Positions 54,717 to 64,000 of a DNA stretch of 64,000 bases are shown here, one piece after another. Origin of the DNA: Eledone cirrhosa (taxonomy: Eukaryota). The first letter of the stretch is position 1. The number at the start of each line of letters is the position of its first letter. Where the stretch lies: contig OZ024759.1 of the NCBI GenBank assembly GCA_964016885.1, positions 25,110,001 through 25,174,000 of the forward strand, read 5' to 3'. Below the pieces are notes generated by a model. It was not told the DNA's origin. It was given only the letters and a program-made list of their open reading frames with translations, and made no database searches. Position numbers and translations under genes: made by a program.

Positions 54717-55139
54717 TCATCATCATCATCACCATTTTACGTCCGTTCTTCCACGCTAGCATGGGTTAGACGGGTTGTCCTGTTGTGGGCAGTGTCCGGT
54801 TGGCTGACCTTGCCTTGCTCATATGAGAACTGATTCTGGCTTGATTTCTACAGCTGGATGCCTTTCCTAACACCCACCTCATTTACAATGAGTGCTGGGT
54901 GCTTTTTTTCCGTGGCGCCTACACGTCCACTTTACAGTGCGAGAGTGTGGGGGCATATTGTCTATATGCTTCAGCTTGTACCCGTTGAGGGGGGGGGGGG
55001 GGGGGTCCGGTTCTTCTGTTTTACTGCGTGACGCCAGAGGTCACGGTCGTGTGTCATCGCCTTTGAGAGGTGTAATTGGGTAAGGTCGGCTTTTATCATC
55101 TCATCCCAGGTCTTCTTGGGTCTCCCCACTCCACGGTTT

Positions 55140-55141
<2 letters not shown>
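54717..55141 (-). mobile_element. Short RTE 3' fragment with a variant long 3' UTR
   Basis: GRPKKTWDEMIKADLTQLHLSKAMTHDRDLWRHAV, then a UTR containing the SINE-B-shared segment and a (GAT)n tail; 5' end abuts (TA)n. Confidence 0.85.
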
Positions 55142-55208
<67 letters not shown>

Positions 55209-55209
<1 letters not shown>

Positions 55210-55697
55210 GAGGAGGCTTCAAAAAGTTTGTGGAAAAAGTACATAGCTAAAAATCATATGCTGGGACTTTGATCTGAATTCACCTGTATGTTCCAGTACT
55301 GATGTGTCATAAAATGTTCTAACATGAACCCTTAAATGCATGTTGCACCTGCTCGAGCAGCATGGTCCCCATCAAAACATCAAATTCATGGTGAAGCTAG
55401 GGTAGATGAGCAGCCAAATCATTGACACTCGGGAGCAAGCTTATGGGGACAATACCCCAAAGAAACCAACAACCTACAAATGGATGTCGTTTTAGAAGTG
55501 GCCGAGTTGAGATTGAAGATGATCTCAGTTGAGGATGTAAAAAAAAAGCTGCTTTCACATGGTTTAAATCACAGGCACTGAGATGGATTTAAAGGCTGGT
55601 ATCAACGCTTGTAGAGCATAGGTTGAAAAATAAACATCATAACTTAAACAGTTTTTTCCAACTGTCCTTTTTCCATGAACTTTTTGAAGCCCCATCA
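55209..55697 (+). mobile_element. Internally deleted mariner, irritans/Hsmar2-like
   Basis: TA-flanked TIRs cgaggaggcttcaaaaagtttgtggaaaa / ttttccatgaactttttgaagccccatca; remnants NIKFMVKLG*..IID...YGDNTPKK..TYKW and DGFKGWYQRL...VEK*. Confidence 0.8.
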
Positions 55698-55732
55698 TAT
55701 ATATATCTACACACACACACATATATATATGA

Positions 55733-55766
<34 letters not shown>

Positions 55767-55910
55767 ATTTATATATATTTTTTTTTTCTCCAAGATGGCC
55801 AACTAAATACGAACGTCTATGGGTTTTTCGCCCCAATTTTTTTCTCATTTTCCCTATTCCTTCCTCTCATCACTCTTTACTTTCTATTTATCTTCTATTT
55901 CTAACTCTAT

Positions 55911-55945
55911 TTTCTGATGAAGGACTAGTATCCGAAATGTTAAAA
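55911..55945 (+). ncRNA. Minimal hammerhead-like motif within a dispersed ~200-bp repeat
   Basis: ttt CTGATGA a GGA ctagta TCC GAAA tgt TA aaa. Confidence 0.45.
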
Positions 55946-56034
55946 CTCTCTTTCTGACTTCCCTGTACTGTGCCATTTGTTTTGTTATTTTTGTTATTAC
56001 TTTTACACATACATACACGCTCACACACACACAC

Positions 56035-56072
<38 letters not shown>

Positions 56073-56552
56073 TGAAAACAAAACATGTACAGGTGTAAGA
56101 TTAATAGGTCTGAATGATTAGAGAGAAGTGAAGCTGTATATATGTAGGCTTTATGTGTTGGCTGCTGCCAAATTGATGCCAAGAATTCTTGCAAGACTCT
56201 CTCTAAAGCCTAACATGACTTGTGGTTCCTCATGATAGATGTAAGTTATATAGAATTTGGCCCAAGGCTTCAATGGAATATCTACAATGGTTTTCTTGAC
56301 AACAAGCCAACACACAGAAATCTAATTACTTCACACAATCTTTTACATATAAACTATAATACTCAACTTTGAAATACAGATCTCTCACTTTCTCTCTTTC
56401 TTCTTCTTCTCTCTCTTTCTTTCTTTTACTCTGTCTGTCGGTCTTTGTATCACTCTCTCTTACTTCCTCAGTCTTAGTATATATATATGAAAAGATTCAG
56501 AACCCCAACATCTGGTGGGTTATGGTCCACATGGTATTTTGCCACACCCTAT

Positions 56553-56622
<70 letters not shown>

Positions 56623-56899
56623 TATCTTCATCTGTCTGTATGTCTGTCTCTCTCTCTCTTCCTCTGTCACCCTCTCTTTCTCTATCTTTCTCTCTCTCTG
56701 TCTCTCTGTAACCGCCCTCTCTCTCTTCACATATTTATTCATAATGATTTCCCACATATTGGCACAACGTTATATAATTTTATCAGAAGGTCAATAAGAA
56801 TTAATTGAAACATCCCCAATACGTGACTGGTATATATCTGCCATTGTAGTCACCTAAAAGATGTTTTCTTTAATTTTCACAATGACACCTACTGCTCTT

Positions 56900-57720
56900 A
56901 ATAATAATAATGTTTCTACTTTTGGCACAAGGCCAGCAATTACTCCAGTGCTTTATTTTATTTCACCTTAAGGATGAAAGGCGAAGTTAAACTGACGGGA
57001 TTTGAACCCAGAACGTAAAGGGCCATAACTCTGTGCTGCAAAGCATGGTGTATGACACTCTACCGATACTGCCAAACCATTGATAATAATAATAATGGTT
57101 TAGGCTCTAGACCAGCAATTTTAAGAGAAGTGGGGAAAGCTGATTAAATCAACCCCAGTGCGTGACTGGTACTTTATTTTATCGACTCCCTAAGGATGAA
57201 AGGCAAAGCTAACCTCGGCAGGATTTGAACTCAGAATATAGAGAGTCTTAAATATGTGCTACATAGCATTTTGCCCGATGGTCTACTGATTACTGCCAAT
57301 CCACCCCACGAATGATAATTATAAAAATTGTTTCTACTTTTGGCACAAGGCCAGCAATTATCTCAGTGTATTACTGGTACTTTATTTTATCGACCCTGTA
57401 AGGATGAAAGGCAAAGTTAACCTCGGCGGGATTGGGACTCAGACCATAAAGGGCCGTAACTCATTGCTGCAAAGCATGGTGTCCGACCCTTTACCGATAC
57501 TGCCAATCCACCGATAATTATAATAATGGTTTCTGATTTAAGCACAAGGCCAACAATTTTGGGGGAGGAGAAAGTCGATTAAATCAACCCCAGTGTGCTA
57601 CTGGTACTTTGTTTTATTGACCCCATCATTTTGGAATTTGAACTCAAAACATAAAAGAAAGTAACTATATGTTGCAAAGCATGTTGTCCAATGCTCTACC
57701 AATACTGCCAATCACCACCC
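56900..57720 (-). mobile_element. Head-to-tail cluster of four SINE A copies (more at 58085-58285 and 58955-59140)
   Basis: Repeated tail-core-head units separated by (TAA)n. Confidence 0.8.
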
Positions 57721-57724
57721 ATAT

Positions 57725-58080
57725 GTATCTATCTCCACAGACGACAATATATCTTCCAAGAAAATAGAGAAACTCTCCAAATATAAAGAGCTAGAGATAG
57801 AAATAACTCAAATGAGGAAAATGCAAACTGAAACAATACCTATAACAATAGGTGCTCTAGGAATGATAAAAGAAACACACAGACAAATACATAGCCAAAA
57901 CCCCAGGACTTACAAATATATACAGCATACAAAACATAACACTACTAGGCACTGCACACATATTACGAAAAATACTATTAATACAATAGAAACAATTTCA
58001 GCAAAAACTACACTGCTGATATCCAAGGCACACAGAGCTGTGCTCGGTAAAGCACTAATGATGCGTAATAAAAATAATTA
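57725..58080 (+). mobile_element. 3' end of an R4/Dong/NeSL-type (RLE) non-LTR retrotransposon
   Basis: VSISTDDNISSKKIEKLSKYKELEIEITQMRKMQTETIPITIGALG and, after a frameshift, IQNITLLGTAHILRKIL: typical RLE C-terminus. Confidence 0.75.
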
Positions 58081-59161
58081 TGGAAATAATGGTTTCTTAT
58101 ATAGGCACAAGGCCAGCAATTAAATCGACCCTAGTATGTTACTGGTACTTTATTTTATTGACCTCGTAAGGATGAAAGGCAATGTTTACCTCGGCGGGAT
58201 TTGAACTCAGATTATAAAGGGCCGTAACTCTATGCTGCAAAGCATGGTGACCGACTCTCTGCCGATACTGCCAATCCACTGGAGGATGAGGAGAAGGGTG
58301 GTGGGGAGGAGGGGGTGATGATGATGGGGAGGAGGAGGGGGTGATGATGATGATGGTGAGGAGAAGGAGGGGGTGATGATGATGATGGTGATGATAATGA
58401 TGAGGAGGAGGAGGGTGGTGAGCAGGCGAGGGGGGGGGGTGATGAGGGGGGAGGGGTGATGGTGAGGAGGGGGGTGATGATGATGATGGTGAGGAGGTGA
58501 TGATCATGATGGTGATGGTGAGGAGGAGGGGGAGGATGATGATAATGATGATGATGATGATGAGGAGGAGGAGGAGGAAGAGGAGGAGTGGGGGGGATAA
58601 GAAGAAGAAGAAGAAGAAGGCAAAAAAGAAGAAGATTTCTAACAATGTATCATCTTAGTAAGAGGTGTAGTAATTAAGAATTAAGCAAATCAGAAGAAGT
58701 TGTAACATTGAAGAAGATAAACATCTTGTATATGGCAGCTAACCAGAAATATCTCAAACATGTTTGTACAGAAAACAAGGGGAATATGTTTGAGTGAAAC
58801 TGTGCCATGAGTTAAGTGCACAAACTGCACTTGCCAGATGTGTGTGTGTAGGGGGTGTTGGTGTGTGTGTGTGCGTATAGGGGTGTACATATGTGTGTAG
58901 GTATGTCATCATCATCATCACCACACTTTAATGTCTATTAAATTGTGATTATGATAATTGTTTCTACTTTTGGCACAAGGCCAGGAATTACCTCCAGTGC
59001 ATTACTAGTACTACATTTTATCGACTCCTGTAAGGATGAAAGGCAAAGTTAACCTCGACGGGATTTGAACTCAGAACGCAAAGGGCCGTAACTCTATGCT
59101 GCAAAGCATGGTGTCTGATGCTCTACCGATACTGCCAAGTGATAATGATAATGATGATATA

Positions 59162-59238
59162 CAAGGTGTCCCAAAACAGTATACACACTTCAACATCCTT
59201 CTGATATAAATGTGTATATATTTTGGGGGGTTACCCTG
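59162..59238. mobile_element. Hairpin Tc1/mariner-type MITE (second copy)
   Basis: ta|caaggtgtcccaaaa...ttttggggggttaccctg|ta. Confidence 0.6.
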
Positions 59239-59924
59239 TATATTTCTAAAGAAGATGGTGCAATGAATCAGGTATTTCAAGACTAGAAACAGATAATGAA
59301 ATAGCCATTATTTTCTAGTCTATATATCGATCTACCATGATCAATCAACCCTCTGAATTGATAGAAAATAGAGCATATAATGCTGTCATGGAGAAGTAAG
59401 AATGGAACAACAGTGGTGAAAAGCAAGGCTGAATGACATAAAAGAATGAACTAGAGCAAAGGTTCTCAACGGGGGGGGGGGCATATGCACCCCCAGGGGG
59501 CGTTTCAGAACTCCAGGGAGGGGCGTTTGGAAGCAAGGGGGCATTAGGAGGGCGTTTGGAGCTTTGGAGTGCACTGGAAGGCTCTTTACTTTGGTAAGTT
59601 TTATAAACCATATTTGTATGTCTTTGAGACAGCCAGTGTGAATGCATTTGAATGAGCATGCAGACAGCATAACTATGGTGTGCAGGTGTGTTTAGACATT
59701 AACAGGCAATTGAGATCCTAACAATGGAAAAACCCACAGTCAACTGGGTCAAGGGCACTTCAAGCACAGCCAGTTAGAATCTTGTCTTTCCTTCACCGAT
59801 AACAATGTATTTCATGTCTGAAATTATTGACTAAACCGTAACGAGTTAACACTATGTAGATCTATTTTATTTCCTATTGTATAAATAATATTACAAATAA
59901 AAAAAACAAAAAAAAACACAGAAG

Positions 59925-60240
59925 CGGGTAGCACACACATCTAGGACCACATGCAACACATAATCAGATAATACACACATCTAGGACCACATGCAACCCA
60001 TGAGGTAGCACACACATCTAGGACCACATGCAACACACAGGCAAGTAATACATACATTTAGGACCACATACAACACATAAGCAGGTAATACAAACATCTA
60101 GGACCACATACAACACATAATCAGGTAATACATACATCTAGGACCACATGCAATACATAAGCAGGTAATACATACATCTAGGACTACCTACAACACACAG
60201 GCAGGTAATACATACATCTAGGACCAAATACAACACACAT
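59925..60240. repeat. ~40-bp tandem repeat inside the hAT element
   Basis: gcaggtaatacatacatctaggaccacatgcaacacataa, about 8 units. Confidence 0.9.
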
Positions 60241-60241
60241 T

Positions 60242-61291
60242 GTATCATGTGCTACGGACGACGCTAGAGCAATGGTCGGCCAACATAAGGGTTTTGTCAC
60301 TCTTCTGAAGAGAGAAAATCTATCTGTATTTGTTGTTCATTGTGTCATTCATCGACAACACTTGGCTGTGAAGAAACTCAGCAAGCCACTGAGAAAGTCC
60401 TTGCAGGTGGCCCTTGATGTCATCAATTTTATCAAACAGCATTCCCTCAATGAACGAATTTTCCGGCAACTGTGCCAAGATAATGACGAAGAATTCGTCA
60501 ATTTGTTCATTCATAATGAAGTGAGGTGGTTTTCAAAGGGCAAGTGCCTTACTCACTTCTTTGAACTGTTCGACTCTATCATTGAGTTTCTGCGAGGATG
60601 CAACACAGAACTGTACAAGAAAACGATCGATGTGAGGCAAAACTGCGCCTACCTCACTGACATCGTCGACAAATGCAATAGCGTCATTTTGAAGAAGATC
60701 ACCTTGCTTAAAGCAAGGAATGCTGTGAAAACATTCCTGGCCAAATTGAATGTCATCGAAAGGAATCTTTGTTGACGGGAATTCTATAATTTTCCTAGTG
60801 TCGCCAATGTTCAAAACATTGTAAGTGATGACCAACTCCAAATTTATACCACTCACCTCCGTGCACTACAAGACAACATGAGAGAATGGTTTGTCGACCT
60901 CTTGCCGATGGACATCCCAATGTGGGTAGCAGATCCCTTCATAGTTAACGTCGATGATTTGGACGTTATATTTCAGGAAGAATTCATTGAACTTCAAGCA
61001 GATGACATGATCAAAATTAGATTTCCCAAAATAGGTGAACCCCTTTTTTGGATGCAAGAGGAAATTCAGCATCGATTTCCACACCTACATGCAGAGGCTA
61101 AGAGATTTGCTCTGCCTTTTCCAAGCTCATACTTAGTCAAGAGGAGGTTTGGTGCTGTTTCCAGACTGCGCAGTAAGGCTCGCAACCGCTACAATGTAAT
61201 TACATGTGGAGATCTCCGGCTACATCTTACGAAAATCCAGCCTGACGTCAAAGAGTTAGCTAGACTCCATAAAGTTCAAGGGTCCCATTGA
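60242..61291 (+). pseudogene. hAT transposase pseudogene, C-terminal part (ZBED8/SCAND3/Buster-like)
   Basis: CATDDARAMVG (TDGA motif), HCVIHRQHLA (CxxH), EVRWFSKG, in-frame stop at 60773-60775, PFPSSYLVKRRF (catalytic Glu reads Lys), GDLRLHLTKIQPD...GSH* terminus. Confidence 0.9.
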
Positions 61292-62892
61292 AATGAGGTC
61301 AAAGTTAAAGTAAGTTGATTTATCCGAAAACTTAGATATGCTATTGTTACAAAGCAAACTAACAATTTTTTTTATTTGTAGTTGCAGTCTGACTGGACTG
61401 GAAACCACCTACTACAATTCACTTACTCATTTGTTGTATATATTTTACCATTTACTAATAAATATATCCTCCCACGTGATCATGAAACCCTCTTCCGTGG
61501 TCTCTAAGCTCACAAAGTAGGGGGACATCAAGTTTGATATCAACATTTATTCTGTCCGTTTCATTAAAGGGAAAATTGGAAAGCTTTGAAATGATGTAAT
61601 TGCCACTTTCTTCCAGATAAGAGCACTCTTTGGATAGACAGAGTTGCTCTTGTATAAATGTTCAAAATAGTTGGTATCGCCTGGTGGGAATATAACAAAT
61701 TCAACTGGTCCTTATTCATAAAAAAGAACATTTATGTTCCTTTTTTTGAAATTTATATATTTCCTTTCAAGGAATGTATTTATACTCTCAGCTGCCTGCA
61801 ATGGTATCTTTGGAATATTGTTAATCAATTTTTTAGTAATCTATAGATATCAAAATCAGTAGTATATTGAAAAATGGAAAAATAGGGTAGGGGGCGTTTC
61901 GTGATTTCGAGGGACAAAAGGGGGCATTTGGCCTAAATGGGTTGAGGACCTGTGAACTAGAGCATCAAATACCTCATCAGCTTCTGCGTAGCCACATGAT
62001 TTCATGTGGTAAGGAAAGTTCATGTATTTTAGGCTAGCCCGCACAACAAAATCACAATTCATGTTGGTGTGATACCTAAACAGTTCCAGTGCTGACATAA
62101 ATTTATGTTGGAAGATATTTTCAAGACAAATTGATGGGGGAGGAGGAAGAGGAAAGAGTTTCTCTTTCTTCCCACATCAACAACTTCTTTTCTCTTCCCA
62201 CATCAACACCTCATTCCCACTTATAGCTTGACCAAATCTAATATATTTTCATACCAAGTAACTTCAGTATGAAACTATTTAACTATTTCTCTCATTCTCA
62301 CCTCAACATCTCATTCTCACATTTTGATTTGACCATATCTAATTATTTTCTATTCAACATTCAAACATTCAACATTCATCATTGGAAACCATTTATCTAT
62401 CTTACTTCCACTCGGAGAAATTCCTCTACAATTATGCCGCTTCATAAACTTGGTATATTAAACTGGATAGGAGAAAGAGAAAAATTTGTAATCTTTTCAC
62501 TTGGGTTCAGTAGATGGAATTTATTTCTCAGAAAATCCTGTCCATTCCTTGCCAGCAAAAGATTCTTATCTAAATGGAGATAATTTCACTGCGTTTTGCA
62601 GATATTAATACTTAGACTCTTCCTTATATATAAATATCCTGGTTCTGAAGAATCATCAAAGACTATCGAGTTTCTGACAAAAACACTGTTTCTAAGATCT
62701 TTCGACATTCCAATCTGTTTGGAAACTTCCGTCATTTTCATTTTCATTTCTTACCAACTTACACCAATATCTAGCGCCTTATTTCATCTTCCTTCATCTT
62801 CGTCAATAAATACTGACACAAATTTTGGGGGATTATTTATGTTCTGCTAGTAAACTTTACTCACACACACACATATACAAATTTATATATAT

Positions 62893-64000
62893 ATCATCAT
62901 CATCATCATCAACGTTTAACGTCCGTGTTCCACACTTGCATGGGTTTGGACGGGGGTTTTGCCACTTGAGGCAAGAGTGATTGTCTTGCTCGCATAGGAC
63001 TGTCTGGCAGGTTTTCTACAGTTGGATGCCCTTCCTAACACCAACCACATTTACAGTGTGGGTCTGGGAGGTTTTTACCGTGTTGCCTACACGGCCACAT
63101 TACAGCGTGGACTGTGTGTTTTTTTGTCATGACACCTACACGATCTCATTTGTTTCGGCCTGGATGGTGTGGCACCAACATAACTTTACATAGAAGGGGG
63201 CGGTGTGGATGGAGTGGGGGTGGTGGGACGGGGGTGTATTTTGTTAGAGATGCCTACTGACTGTAGTAGGTTTTACTTTGTATTTAGGTAAGGCGGGTCT
63301 TCTCTATTACTGAGTACCGCCAAAGGTCTCGGTCAAGTGACATTGTCTTGGTGAGGTGTAAGTGTGTGAGGTCGGAGTTTATCAGCTCGTCCCAGGTTTT
63401 TCTGGGTCTGCCTATTCCGTGGCTACCATCTATCTTTATTGCCCTGCACTTTGTTATACAGCTATCGTCCTTCATGCGCATCACGTGACCATACCAACGT
63501 AGCCTTCTCTCTAGTAAACAACATCTAATCCCTCTTATTTCTAATTTTTTCCTTAGTTCGTTTATGCTTTGTCGTTCACGTATATTACTATTACACATCC
63601 AGCGGAGCATGCAAGCTTCGTTTCTCTCTAGTCTGTGTATATCCTCTGCACACAATGCCCAGGTCTCACTGTCATGCAACATTGCTGTTCGTATGCAGGC
63701 ATCGTACAGCCTGCCTTTCATTTTTAGGGAGAACCCTTTAGCGGCTAATAGTGGTATAAGCTCTCTGAACTTTTTCCACCCAGTTCTGACTCTAGCTACT
63801 GTACTTTCAGAGCACCCTCCCCCACTGCTGATTTTGTCACCCAGGTAACGGAAGCTGTCCACTATTTCTATAGAACCCTCTGCGCAGTTGAAATAGCTAG
63901 TATTTTGTGGGCACTTGCTGCTACTTATTGCCCCAGAACACCGGCCACATGTAAAATCTATGTTCTTAGTTAGCTTACCTGTGATCCCACTACATCTTTT
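62893..64000 (-). mobile_element. Second young RTE copy, continuing beyond the window end
   Basis: RT frame open from the window edge to the stop at 63284; 6 aa differences from the 48797 copy over the last 191 aa; same long UTR and (GAT)n tail. Confidence 0.95.

Larger units (their letters stand above)
59457..61954 (+). mobile_element. Buster/Charlie-family hAT transposon, rearranged and non-autonomous
   Basis: TIRs caaaggttctcaac / gttgaggacctgtg (12/14); exact 8-bp TSD AACTAGAG at 59449-59456 and 61955-61962; ggggcgttt subterminal motifs at both ends. Confidence 0.9.

Overview
This is AT-rich, microsatellite-dense animal DNA, most likely from an octopus or other coleoid cephalopod (inferred from the SINE and RTE families). 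It is not prokaryotic. No intact host gene can be supported, and almost all listed ORFs are microsatellite read-throughs. The window looks intronic or intergenic and is dominated by mobile DNA. It holds a full-length but inactivated DD37D (maT) Tc1/mariner element (18514-19820), an internally rearranged Buster/Charlie hAT element with an 8-bp TSD (59457-61954), and an internally deleted irritans/Hsmar2-like mariner. It also holds hAT, piggyBac and Tc1/mariner MITEs, several RTE-clade LINE families, an R4/Dong-like LINE end, at least three tRNA-derived SINE families, and many minisatellites. Two young RTE copies are present; the one at 48.4-49.9 kb carries a complete PHD finger inside its RT and the other runs off the window within that finger. 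The most notable observations are: (1) several minimal type I hammerhead-ribozyme-like motifs, two of them followed by AATAAA, one terminating a unique CpG-rich ~1.15 kb non-coding island (candidate Penelope-like/retrozyme remnants); (2) mosaic sharing of 3' ends between two RTE families and a SINE; (3) an RTE copy with a twin-priming-type 5' inversion; (4) minisatellites born from SINE or LINE modules; (5) hairpin rearrangements centred on (TA)n.
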